Shown here piece by piece: positions 12,506 to 25,851 of a DNA stretch of 64,000 bases. Made by a program: the position numbers and the translations under genes. The first letter of the stretch is position 1, and each line of letters starts with the position of its first letter. The stretch is from Tubulanus polymorphus (lineage: Eukaryota; Animalia; Nemertea), in the NCBI RefSeq assembly GCF_964204645.1, contig NC_134033.1, positions 12,284,655-12,348,654 on the forward strand, given 5' to 3'. The notes under the pieces were generated by a model. It was given only the letters and a program-made list of their open reading frames with translations. It did not search any database and was not told the origin of the DNA.

Positions 12506-14323
12506 AAGTTGATTGGTGCCATTGATTCTGATATTCAGAATTGTTTGATGTGATATGTGGCACCTTATAGCCAAAATGCTCGGGGATATTGTTACCGGAC
12601 TTAATACTAAACCACTGACAGCAGGTTACTGGCTAGGACATTGTCTATTTGAAAATGCACGTATGTGTAGGCTACGGACTGAAAATGGATTTCTAATAGA
12701 ACTTGAAGAATTTCATGTTTCCAAATGGTCTGGTTAATGAGTTTCCGAAATAGTGTTTGCCCAGGTAAGGAAGTCGACGACGGAAGGAAGACGTTGTATT
12801 TTGATAATTCGGGGCTCGGTTAGACCCCAGGAGTTTCGTTCCTAAAGACCCCAATAAATTATATCTAAATAAAATTCGGAAAGTTTTGGTTTTTTTTCAA
12901 TCGGTGGACGCTTGTTATTTGTGCGGCTGATGATACACGTACATTGAGGCTGCATCTCATGGCGGAGGAGGATTGTTCCATCTCGCGGAGACAAATTCAT
13001 TGATTCCGTATCTTGCTATGTCCCTAGTCTAGTACCTAGCCGGTAACAACGACTGGTATACAGACTTGCTATGTCCCGTACGCATTTCAGTCAACCCTTG
13101 ATAGAACGCCCCCTCAATTAGCGCCAGCCCTCCTTATGCCAGTTATTTTCTGAGAATGCCTTCCCGATTGAGTATCCGCGCCTGGCATGATGTCGCCGCT
13201 TTTTGACGCGTATCTTTTCCACATCATTTTTAGACGCCAGGAATACTCGAGGGATTAGCTTTAGACAAAACAGATCCCAAAATGAAATGCGGTGCCTGTT
13301 TTTTTGTGATTTTCATGGAATGACTAGTTTCGCCTTACTACTTATACAAGTTTCACATGTCTTGAAATGTGTTTGAAAAAACTACGAGAATGAATATAAG
13401 GCTATTTGCAATGCAAGGAATATTTCCATCTATCTTCTTATATTAGGGGAGCCGCCCCTTGGAAGAACCAGGATCCGCACCTGAGACGATAGAGAGATAG
13501 AGTTCATCGCTTTCCAAACAACCTTTTTTTCATTCGTGTAGTATTTTCAAATACACTTCAAGACTCCTCGACAACACCTGCAACAGTAAAATCAGCCTTT
13601 CCATGAATTCCACGCCCTCACTCTCACTCGCTCTAATAATGAGCGTTAGCTTCATTAACAGTTGCAAAAGTGGAACAAGTGCTTTTCTCCAAACAATGTA
13701 CTCCATATCGAATGAACCGAAGGCACATGTTCGATCCAGTTTAGAAACAAAGGGTAATTTGAATCGGTGCTTTGCCCGTGACTGTGATTCGTTGACGAAT
13801 ATGGGTAATAGATGCTTTTAATTAATTCGATTCACTTTTCGGTCTTGTTTCGAGGAACGACTCGAATGTAGTTGACGGATTCCCGCACGCGCCCAGAGGA
13901 AAACGAAAACGTAAGTCGACATCTTTTTAGACATTTCTCTCGTGGAGATGACGTCACAGTTGAGATAAAGTCTAGGAACGAGAATTGAGGAAGATTTTTT
14001 TCCTATTGTGGAAATGATTTCTCCTTGAATTGCGAAAGTTGTTTTTGTGAGATCTAATTGAGTTCAGGAAATAACAAAATTTGAAAGGAGAATTTTGGGA
14101 AATCAAATTGTTGAGAAAACAGTGAAACCGCGACGACAGGTTTTTGAGAAAGATCTCGTAATAGATTTGAACTTGTTTTAAATGTTTCGAATAACTTTTC
14201 AGTAGTTTGATTGTGGGTTTGTCTAGTTATTGTCTTCGTCACAATGCGAATTTCTACCTCTTCAGCATACAACAAACGTTACGTAAACGGAAGCCCTAAT
14301 CGTGTTTTTACAAACAGGTAAAA

Positions 14324-17300
14324 ATGCTGCGGTCGAGTGTTGCATCTATGATCATTATGACTGTCTGTTGCGGTTTACTGCAGCGGGTCGAATGCGGCGG
14401 AAAATGTTCCAGAAAATTGGACGTTACTTTCATTGTCGATCGACAAAGCTTCGACTTCGAAAAAGCGAAAGGTATCATCGCAGGATTTGTCGCGGACAAC
14501 TTTTATCTCGGTTGGTCAAATGTGATGGTAAGTATAGTTTAGTCGGGTGGGCAAGCACGCAGTTCATTCGCGCAGTTGGCTAAAGATTATTTTGAACAGG
14601 TTTACAGTAAATAAACTACGAGGGCCACAGATGGTGAAATAAAATTTCTAACTATGATTTTAACATCCAACAGGTGGCTGTCATACCTAGTCTACCGTAT
14701 TCAGAAGAGCCATCGCCTTCTGTGTTCACCGACAATCAGTTCTACTGCAACGAGAATTTCTCCGGCGAAATTTCAAAAATACGAGAGCCTGATAGCATGG
14801 GTGATATAAAATACACTACCCAACAACTACTGCTCGCCGCCGCTACCGACCCGGGTTATCGGCGCACTTCCGGTTACGGTCACGTGGTCGTGTTCGTAAC
14901 GAACGGCGGTGCGCACGTGTTGAACGACGGTTTCGATAAACTGCTCCGAAAAATTCGAAAACAGTTCGTCGAAATCAAATTCGTTACGACGCTCAGTTCG
15001 CTGAAGGATACGTTTGGAATGCAGGTGGTCACCGTCGATACAGCGAAAGATTTGACCGATGACGTTACGGCGCAACTGCGACCTTACGCTTGTAGACCGG
15101 TATTGGCGCAACCATACATCCAGGGTGAATATCCAAATAAGAACAAACTTTCACACTTATACTACGCATTATGTTATTGCTACCCACTCACTTCTTAAGA
15201 ATAACGTCATTGCATCTTATGGAAGTCAATATTGTAATTTGAAATTTTTAGAACTTCCCACCTCTTGTGCGGTGAACGATCAGTTTATGGATGTTGTTTA
15301 CGTTTTGGACGGTTCCGTCGAAAGCGGTTACGAAAATTTCCAGTTGCAAAAACAGTTCGTCATCAATTCATTGAAATACTTGAAGATCAGACCAAAAAAT
15401 GTCCAAGTAAGTCGCTCAAATCCAGCGCCGCATTTCATAGACGTTTCCTGATTTTAGGAAACGGAAAAATGTTTTGATTAAAGGCCTGCGGCATAAGGTT
15501 TACAAAGAGGATCGAGTTTGTATCATCCATAGCAGTCGACATCAAAATCCTGAGGAAACTTGCATATGCAAGAAATGCAGGAAATTCCACAAAAGCATCG
15601 ATGTTTCTCAATTTTCTGGGGACACCCTTTGGATTTCGGTGACACAAATTCCTTTTTATTTGAATTCGCCTCTCCCTGTTCTATGGAGAAGAGCCTTCTG
15701 CATATGGGTCCAGTATCTCTCCGGAACGAGGGAAGACTAACGCGTACCAGATCGATGTGCCATCCAATGCATTCATCACTTCTAATTTCAGATCGGAGCG
15801 ATAGTTTACTCAGATTCCCGGAAAACATCTACTTACATCTATCCACGGTGGGTTCTATGCAAAACTGACGTCGCAAAAGCAGTCTGGCGCTTACCATTTC
15901 TGGGCGGTACCGCTCGAGTGTCCGATGCAGTCAGATACATTTCGCGTCACGCAGAACTCATTTTTCGCCGAGGCGTCGAAAAGAAACGAATCGTTTTCAT
16001 CGGGAAATTCACTCCACGACTAAGGCTGGTAACTATTAGAAACGTGCCAAGAGTTCACCCTCTCCTTCCGAATGAGTCGATCTTGCCATTACCATCAGAT
16101 TCGAAGATCTGTCAGGAAAGGATGTCCGAATATACATTTCTAGCATTCATTTCGAAAACCTAACAAACACATTTTCTTTTCTAATTGTATGAAACATTTC
16201 TTTAGTGTAATCATAAAGACATGTAGAGGTTAAAGTGAATGTAAGCTTTAGTTATTCGAATTGACAGTTTTAAAATTCACCATCTGCAGGGAAAACTAGA
16301 CGAAAACTATGACATTTCGCTGGTGAACGTGGGAGGTTCGGCAACGGCGGAAGATCTGTCTAAATTTGTGTCCAGTGATCCGTCTGACTTGACAAGTGCC
16401 AGCGACTTCAAGCAACTCGTCTCAACCGAATTGCCTCTCGAGGTGCAAGTTTGCAACGAACCGATCCCCACTAAAGGTCAGGCTATTTTTCCGTGGCAAA
16501 ATATCTTATTTCGAATTGAATTTATCCTTAATTGAATCTGAATGAATTTGAATCAATGACAATATCATCTATTTATTAGAACCTGATGAATCTGCCGAAA
16601 AATCGAGTGATCCTTCAGGTAAAGCCCACGACACACGGCGAAACACGCAAACACAGAAACACGAGATCAAACATCTCGGAAACATCTATTTTTTTGAAAA
16701 TACAGTGAAACGCTCGGAGGCATGTTTCTGTCTCTTGTTTCCGTGTTTCTCTGCTTAGGAGTGTCGTCTTTCTCGGAGCAATTCCTTGTACATTATCTCC
16801 CAGTGCGATGGTACACATTTTGATGAATTTAAATCATTATTTTAGGTAAAAGGCCTCGGTCGTTGATGTTCGTTATTGACAATTCGATAAACACCGGTAA
16901 GAAGCCAGTCGCCGCGATGAGAAAAGCTCTTACGAACCTCGTCAAAAATCCAGACTTCACCGAAGACGATAAAATTACGGTATCAAAATTTTCAATTGCA
17001 TCCGTTTCTTTAGGGGTGGATTTAGGAGGTGGTTTCGGGGGTCGTCCGGATCCGGCCTGCCTTCCCCTGAGGTTAGTTACCCTTTTCGCCAAGACAGAGG
17101 TGGTTAATGCCTGCAAATCATTTGACACTCGTCCTTTCGGATGTATCCTTCAAAGCTAATACTGGGGTTGAGACTCCACTAGTGGCTTTGAGATTGTTGC
17201 TTTATCCGAGAAACGCCTTTTCTTTTCTCCTGGACCCCGGCCTTCCAATTTTCCTTTAGATCCGCCTTTTGTAGACTCAATCATGTACGTATGTATCATG

Positions 17301-20300
17301 ATTTCAGGTGGTGTCCCGGTGTGGGAGTAAAAAATTCGAAGTTGTTATCGAGGGGAACAGTTTGGTAGAGGAATTCGTACAGAAGATCAAAGCTATGAAA
17401 TACTGCGCCGAACAACCGCGAGTCGGAGACATTCTCGAAGATGCGATCAAAGTAGGTTCAGGCGTATTGGTCCAAATCTCCAGGGCTAGTTGCGCAGTCA
17501 TGACCAGTCTGAAACCTTATTATGGGTTTATACACAATCTAACAACTTTAGTCCGATCTTACGAATTTTTACTACTTTTAGACTGTGCAACTGGGAGCGG
17601 AGGTTTCTCAAATTTTTATTTAATACAATAGTCACAGTGTAGTTTCAATTATCACCTTGTCACCCAACTATCCACTGGAAAAACTGGCCCCTAAACGAAG
17701 TTATATCTAGTCCAATAATGATTATTTGTTTATTTCAGCAAGTTGATGATGGTTGTTTCCGACCGGGAGTGGCTGGTAAGGTCGTCCTAATGGGCGGATT
17801 TCAGCCCGCAAAAGCGAAAGATAACGCTTATGGGCGTTTGAAAAAATTGGCGGATCTAAGCAACACGTACTACGTGGGTAGCGGTAACGTGCAGGCCCGT
17901 AAACTGATGATATCAACTCTAGGCTCCGAAAAAGTAATTGATCCAGTGAAAGTCGGAGGCTTCGGAGTCGCTATTCAAAAGATTGCGAATGAAAAGGACC
18001 AAACAGGTATGATATTTGGCATCGTTTGCGGTTACCAGATCGCATTTCCACGGGTAACAGTTCGCATCTCTGTTGAGCACTGCAAGTTTTCACACTATAG
18101 CCACTGACAGTGGTCAGTTCTGTTTGACTGACCCGTGGCATACACTGATTACCGGGCATTTGGAAATGACAACTCCATGGTGTTGTTGTCGATTAAACTT
18201 AACTCTCCCGAACGTTTGTGTCTTTATGTCGATCTAATGTCGAGCACGGCTCCTAAGACTCATCGCCAAAGTATACATATATACAATTCTCATTTCAGTG
18301 ATGAAAAAGACGTTGAACGTACCGTCAGTGAGTAAAGAGGTTTGGGACATCGTCAAACCGTACGCGAGGCCGGCTCCCGCGGATCGTATCTGCGCGGACG
18401 ATTACGCCATGATACAATACGACAAGAAACTCGTCTGTCTCAGTTTGTACAAACTGATGAAGTTATTGCTACTGTCCACTAAACCGCAACCATCACACAT
18501 AAAAGTAAGTAGTCATTCGTTTTAGCTTGATCCGAATCTGTGTCCGCTACAAGAAGTGCTCCATAAACTTAAACGGACACAGCCCTGACCATCTCCGATG
18601 CAATTCGGCAAAAAAGAGCTTTAATTCCCTTGTTTGTGACGATGAGCTGCCACTAAGATAATTCGGAACCGCATGGTCGGGTGAATGACAGTTATTAAGG
18701 TATCGAGGGCCTTGGGTATTGTATTCCACCCTTTGCTGTTATGGGAGTGGGTAGAGTACCGTAGTTCTTATTGGACCACTCTTCAACTGTCACTATGCCA
18801 GCAACTGGGTATTTTATGAACAAACCATTCTCGTGGCCGATGGGTTGACTCTACCGTTATAAGCACTCACTGTTGAGGCGGTTGATTCGATAGTCTTTGA
18901 CATAAATTCTGTTCTCAGGTTTTAGAGCGGGTCGACACGAAGTCAAAGACGAAGCCGCTGAAAGTTGACGGCACGTGCGACGTGAACTATCGAAAAATCA
19001 CGAAAAAACGTCGCTCGGTCTGTGCCAAAATAGAATATACAATCGTCGATCTTTCCGAGAAGAAAACTAAGATAAAAGGAAAGTGTGAAAGGGGTTATAT
19101 ACCGGTCGACGAACTGAAGTGCGGCAAGGAGATTAATCAGAAAGATTTGAGATCGGTGGATAGTTCAGGCGGTTGTAAGCCCGGCTATTGGCAAGTGACA
19201 CTGAATATCGGTAAGGGTAATTCAGCTTACTGCGTTCCGCGAATAACTTCAAATATGAATATTTTGGGCAGTTTAAAAGCGATAACGGAAAAAGTCGCCA
19301 GTGGTATAAGACATGGGGGTAAAGCTGTGCAAGGTTTTGTTGCGGGTATAGCTAGGAATGGGTTAACTGGGGGTTTAAGTATGGGCTTCGGGGGGCCCAA
19401 AACGTCTGCTCAGGAAGCATCAGTTGGTCAACAAACCAGTCTTCAGCGATTCAATGTACCACCTCCACTATTACTGCGTGGGGGCGCTACGAGCAGCGGT
19501 GACAACGCCCAAGTGGTCCAGTCGATTGGATCGGGCGGCGGCGAAACGACAAGAAGGGTGGGTGCGAAAATTGTAGAAGGACAAGGAAACGGGCATGCGG
19601 ATTCAAATTCGGGTGGCAAACTGGAGGGGTTGGGGAAAATGGAAGCTGCAGCGACGGTATCAAGTGCGGTAGATGGGCAGTCTAGTGAGAGCACGGCGCC
19701 AGAGGGCACCACAAGTGGTGGAAAAACTAATATTGCGAGCTTGGGAAACAGCTTTATCACCGGTCAAAATATTGGTGGCAGCCAATCATTGAGCGGAACC
19801 TCAAGTAAGTTTGGTAAAATCGGAATTGGTAGTCACGGAATAGCTAGTCTGGTCAAGAATGGAGGTAATACCGCGCATGGTATATCTGCGGGTAAAGACG
19901 GGACTGGGTTAGTTTCGGGAAGCAAGGCTTTTGGTACGGGGAGTCAGCTCAGAAAAGTGTCTGCTCAGAAAATGGCGTCGCATCGAACTGAAACTCAACG
20001 ATTCCACGTAGCACCTCCGCAGTTGATAGGTGGTGGTGGAAATGGCGCTGGTGGAAACGGAAAAACGTCACGGGTGGCCGCAAAAATTGTTAAAGGACAT
20101 GGCTCTAGTCACGGCTGGAGGCATAAGGCGTTAGGAAACATGGTAGCACTTGGTCAAAGTGGTAAATTTGGATTGTCGAGCAGTGGCTCAACAAGTGGCG
20201 GAGGGAACACAATACAAGGTATGGCCACTGGAAAGGCTTTATCGGGTCTCGGAAATGCCAATTGGGCAAATTATTTGAATATGGGTAGTCAATCAGTGGG

Positions 20301-20562
20301 CAGAACGTCAAATCAGTTAGGTAAACTGGAAACCTTCAGTCAAGGAACTGGTGCCGCTGGTTCACGAGCGCACAAGACGTATTCGAGTAATTACAAATTA
20401 GGGCACAAGAGCGGTAAATCTAGCGAATGGGCCTCGGCGCACAACGGGGGTCAAAAAATAAAGACATTTAACGGGTTTTTGGGGACGAAAAAAGTCCATC
20501 ATCAAATGATTCAGTCTTTAAGGTCAGGCAAGAAAAATAACTTGCATCTTGGTTTAAAGTAA
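14324..20562 (+). CDS. Secreted protein: signal peptide, 3 divergent vWA domains, 4 small Cys loops, Gly/Ser-rich duplicated tail (~1220 aa)
   Basis: Exons 14324-14527, 14674-15124, 15252-15406, 15792-16028, 16290-16476, 16580-16618, 16846-16979, 17308-17451, 17739-~18006 (donor uncertain), 18299-18504, 18919-20562. vWA first strands LDVTFIVD, MDVVYVLDGS and LMFVIDNS; vWA2 also has IGAIVYS and LPFLGGTARVSDAV. Confidence 0.8.
17011..17270. mobile_element. Non-autonomous DNA element with AGGGGTGGAT/ATCCGCCCCT-type termini
   Basis: Shared internal sequence (TTACCCTTTTCGCCAAGAC; GGACCCCGGCCTT) with copies at ~4190-4455 and ~56290-56548; similar termini at ~55-277. Confidence 0.6.
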
Positions 20563-23500
20563 GAATTCATACCACGCTTGTAGTTGAGGCTCCTAATTGT
20601 TCACGGTGTTTGGTTTTTTAAGTCTGTTTAAGTTTTTAAGTATCAACTTATCGACGATATATTTAGTATACTTTGATCTAGTATTTCAATTCTATGTATT
20701 AAAATATGTAAAATTGTACGTAATAACTTGCATCCGATACTGATTAAATGATGTCATTGCAAAATTTGAATCGATTAGCGCAATGCCGAGCTGCTCCACT
20801 ACCAAACACTCCTGTTTACAAAGTAGTGCAGGTGTCTATTTGAGATCTCTACCTATAGCAAGGCCCGCGGCGGGAAGCAAGCCTCTACCGGCTGTCTGTA
20901 GATCTTTATAGAAAATAATAAACTCTTATTAGCAGAAAATATCACGAATTCACTTTTTATTTACGGCTGTATTGTCCATGTATAATGTCGGTACTGTTTT
21001 TCAGTAATTGCGAAATTTTCAAAAGTTCAGTGCCACCAGTGTTGTGTCAAATCTAGACCGCCAAGTGCTGTCCCTAGATATAACATTAACGGCAAATATA
21101 TGAACTAAACCGACAGCGAGATTCCTTGACTGTGGCATGCGAGGAAATAGTTAGTTCGCATAATTGCCGTTAACGTTACTCCTAGCGACAGCACATGACG
21201 GTTGATAATTCGATATTCTACTATATCGGGAAGTAACTCGATGGCCACAGCAACTTGAATTGCAGAGGTGATGCTCTTTAGGGGCTAAGGTTAAGTTTAT
21301 CTAATTCAAACCTTCGTTGGGAAATAACGAGCACCGGTGGTCTAGAGGAAAGACGTTACGCTAGCAACATACTGGCCCGGCCGGGTTCGAAACCCGCTTC
21401 TAAGTGTCCATCTCTCTTCAATTTTGTTTGAATCGTCTTAGTTGTACACCTTCATACGCATGCGTTAGATCACAGTGAGTTAAGGTTAGGTTCCAGAACG
21501 CATATGAAAGAAAATCGACCCTTCTTGCTTTTTGGAACTGAGACTCAATGGCGAAGATAGAGACCGGTAACCAATCTATTCGGAACTAGCCCTAGCCTTC
21601 AAAAGGTGGTTGCGAGTGATTTGATATAGTCACAGCCCTCATGTGTGACGCATAGGTACCCTGGATCAGCTTCCAGACGAACATCTCTTTCTGCAGAAGA
21701 GTTATAACGGAGCGACGAAAAAACTCAATTAACATCATTTACAACTAATAATAATATAATAGTTTATTATCGATAGATATAATAATAATAATAATAATAA
21801 TACTCAATAATAATAATAATTATCATAGTTTAAGATGTAAATTATTATAATATTAATTAATATTTACAATATATTTTCTATTTACAATATTATATTAATT
21901 TCTATATCGTTACTATGTACAAGCGATTTTTTCTCGCTTTAAAATGTCGTCTCGCATCGAAAGAAGGGAATCGATGGACAACATAAGAATCAGAAACAAA
22001 ATTACAGGAAAAGTCTTTGATTACACACCGCCATTGGGACAAATAGCAGTCTCGCGATGCCACCAGGTTCGAATCCCTGCTGAGACAGGACGAGATATCC
22101 CTTAATATCATGAATAATATACTTTCTATAAACCGATCAGATCTCTACAAAATTCTTCAATTTTGACTCCCGCAATTAAATGATCTAAGGTTCTGCTTCA
22201 CTTATGGTTTTATTTGACTTTGTGGGTTTTATTCGACTCTGAACCCAGATCCACAGTTTGTTCATGCAGGTTTCATCAGGACTGTGGATCTAGGTTCACA
22301 GAGGTCGGTTTAATTTGATGCCGGTTCCACAGCTCCACCAAATTTTACAGTGTAAACTCTGCCTTAATCGGTGGCGATGGGAGACTGTAGAGTTGACTAG
22401 ATACTCAGTTGAGAATCAAGGAACTCAGTAGTATTGGGGCTGCTGTAAATATTTCACCGAGTCGAGAATCGGGGAACTCATCAGCATTGGGACTGATTTC
22501 TCTGACTTAAGAATCGGGATATGTGGTTAAGTTAACTGCAGATACCCTGTTGAGAATAATGGAACAGGTTTATCCAATTAGATTTACATGTAACTATAAT
22601 CTACTGAATCCAGTGTCGACGAGTGAAATCTTAAAACTCAGGACGAAGCTTTATCCGAATCAAAGCCAGTACCGAGTAAGGAAGCGTCTGCCGTATCTAA
22701 TTTAAAGCACGAATACAGATATCTACAGAACCTGTTTAAATGCCGAGCCGATTTCTCTAGTATTTCATCACTTATGTTGATTATTGCTCACACGAAAATG
22801 ACTGCTGTAGGTTTTTTTTTCATCAAAAAACATTTACAAAAATATTCCTAGCATTACGATATAACACGAAGACAGTATGTACAATGATAACCCGAATCTA
22901 CAACAAAAGCTCGTCGTTGGTTAATTCGATGCAGGGCGACGAAGGTAAATGCAAAGTATTTTCAATTGAGAAGAATAAGCCGTATTGCAGATTGACTATA
23001 GCGGTGTGCCCGTTATTCAACACACACCGCAGGGAATTCTTTTTTCTAAATTTTCAAATGATCTCCATCACTTTCCAGTATTAACAGCATAACTCGCTTA
23101 ACCCTTTCAGTGCGTCTACACCGCAGTGCGGTGTATGAATTGGTAATGGATTTTGCTAGAACACCGCACTGCGGTGTATTGATGTAATTAGTCTTTATCT
23201 CTATTGAAAGATGGCAGCACCTGTCAAACATGGTGAAATAATTACCTAACGATACACTGCGCCGCTGTGTAGACGCACTATAGTGCTATTCCCGTTATTC
23301 AACACACTAGGGTGGAATTTTCACATTTTCTCCAGCACTTAGGGTATTAATAAGTCAGCGGGTCGGTTTGGATTTTCACTTATTTCGGACTAAAATTCCA
23401 GTCCCCTCTAGGTTATTTCTATTCAAATGAGAGAGCACATAATTCAGATTTCGTTTAACTCGGATAAAATTTTCCACCAGCCCCAGGTGATTCGAATTAA

Positions 23501-23788
23501 CCCTTTCAGTGCTGACTAACTAATACCCTATAATGCTGAAGATAATTTGAAAATTCTGAAAAATTCCACCCTAGTGTGTTGAATAACGGGAATAGCACTA
23601 TAGTGCGTCTACACCCTGGCGCGGTGTATCGTCAGTTACTAATATTTCACTATATTTGACAGGTGCTGCTATCTTTCAAGAGAGATAATTAGTAATTACT
23701 AATTAAATCAATGCACTGCAGAGCGGTGTACTCGCAAAATCCATCACTGATTCGTACACCGCACTGCGGTGTAGACGCACTGAAAGGG
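23501..23788. mobile_element. Complete piggyBac-type MITE, inverted relative to the copy at 23102-23360
   Basis: TTAA|CCCTTTCAGTGC...GCACTGAAAGGG|TTAA. Confidence 0.88.
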
Positions 23789-25851
23789 TTAAGTGAGTTC
23801 TACTGTATCAGCACTGAGCTGGTTAAACTTTTAACCAACCTCCGGGCATCCGGCTGGTTGGTCTCCATAGTTCCACAAGCCAAGTTTTGAGTTAGGGAAC
23901 GAGGAACCGCTTTGCGAGATTATTGTTTTTTAATTACGAGGGACCACAGCGACGAAATTCCTACATTTTCGTTACGTTCATATTCACAACTATATACACA
24001 CTATTTGTACAACAGAGCCCACACGAACAACACCACCTGGTGGTCGACGCACGCATGAATAGGCGATAATTAATCAACGGACAGACACACGCCGTTAACG
24101 TTTCAGTCGAAACTAAAAAACAAAATCGCTATGACAACATCAACAAATACTCGTTATAACCAATAACAACATGTACGAAATAATAGTAATACAAGTAATA
24201 CAATTTGTGTTTAAAACACATTTTAAACCAATTCCCTTCACTTGGGTGAAGTCTGAAGGAATCACAAATTCACGAATACAATCTATCAAGTGACGAATAT
24301 TAAAACATCCCTTTCAGTAATGGGTCATTCGTAAAGTATAGTATGCAAAATACGTCTGATTTTCCAATTCACTGCAGGCGCAAGTCCGAGTTCAGATTTT
24401 GACCACTGCGCTGTAGAAAAGAGTACACTTTAAAATAGACACATTAAAGGAATCTCTCAGGGAGAAAAAGGTTGTACAGGTTGCCGATGAAACGATTTTT
24501 CGGGGCACAAGCCCCGCCTCTCATACCTAACTCAAAACCTCGTCGCAATTTGTTTACTTGGAAATTTGGCCTCATAAAACTTTTCAAACCTTTTCAAGGT
24601 TGTTTTTGAGCTATTTCAGCCTTCCTTCAAGAGGGGCATCGAAGAGCAGTTGAGCTCTTAGCAAAGGTAGAAACTACTCTCAAATAGTCGGCATCCTATA
24701 TCTTACAGTAAATTCTGGTTTTACAATTATTTCCTATTTGATCGGTTTCAACTCCCGATGATGAAAACAGTAATGTGGTTTATTCGTTTATTTTTTTGGC
24801 ACACATAAAACTCGTTATCCGTCGCGACGATGGCACAATTCAGCTAGGCCTACTACTGAATCAATACGTTCATCTTACAAAAGACAAACGACGTTCGTAT
24901 AAAACGTTCCGCTCGGGTTCACTCCGGGCAACATCTTTCATATTTCAGTATGCATCAAACAAATCAAATCAGTATTTCTTGTTATAACAAATACTGAAAA
25001 TCAGGAACAATTGCGTGCTCTGTAAATCTGGAGAGATGGGTCCCGTTCACTGTTGATTGCAACTGAATTGTTAATCACCCAGTGTTTTCAATAAGAGCCA
25101 GGTCCCGGGTCCCAGACCCGTCTGTCGTTTTTTAAGGACCGACCTGTTTTTTCAAAGCAGCTTTCGTTTCAGGGACTGTGACATATTATGGGACCCTCCT
25201 GTTTTTCGAAGGGGGCTTCTTAATTTCTTACTAAAAACAGTCACCCCATCTGGTGATGTATACCGGTACCCTATTCGCGGACGCCTCATTGTTTTGGCTA
25301 TAATGTTTATGGTAATGGCTATGTATATGTGGTTTTTATATTACGCATCGACTATACGCCGACTGGTATTGCATTGTGCTCATAGATTTAAAGAATTATA
25401 ATACACATTTGATAACGCGTCTCGTTAAACCCCCCCAGCCCCCGCCAGCGATCTTTTCATATCTTTTGACATGACAGAACATCTGTATTTCCACTTGGGA
25501 CTAAATCAAAATTAACCGAAATACCGCCACGACTGGTGTGGATGTGGGCAGTATATCGATGGTTGACTGTAACCAATTTTTAACTGTGAAATTCATTCTA
25601 GTATATAACCGATTGGTGCTAAAAAATAAGACTTTGCGCATAAAGATTACACAAATCCGATATCTGTATTCCGACAGCATATTCAGTAAATTTCGTCGCG
25701 AGACGGCATAAGTCGGAATGAATCGTTAAATCCCAATCACCGTGTTCCGATGACATCTATCTCGTAAATTTCGACGCGAACTAGTTTTGAGATGGCGGTG
25801 GTGGGGGTCAGCATCGACGGCGGCGGTCTCCACCAGGGGTCAGCGTCGACA

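Noticed and set aside
16583-16605. CTGATGA...GAAA hammerhead-like motif
   Set aside because: No stem II; better explained as a 39-nt phase 1-1 exon of the vWA gene.
21328-21400. Possible tRNA gene (TGGTCTAGAGG...GGTTCGAAACC)
   Set aside because: A and B boxes are present, but no acceptor or anticodon stems can be formed; more likely a SINE head.
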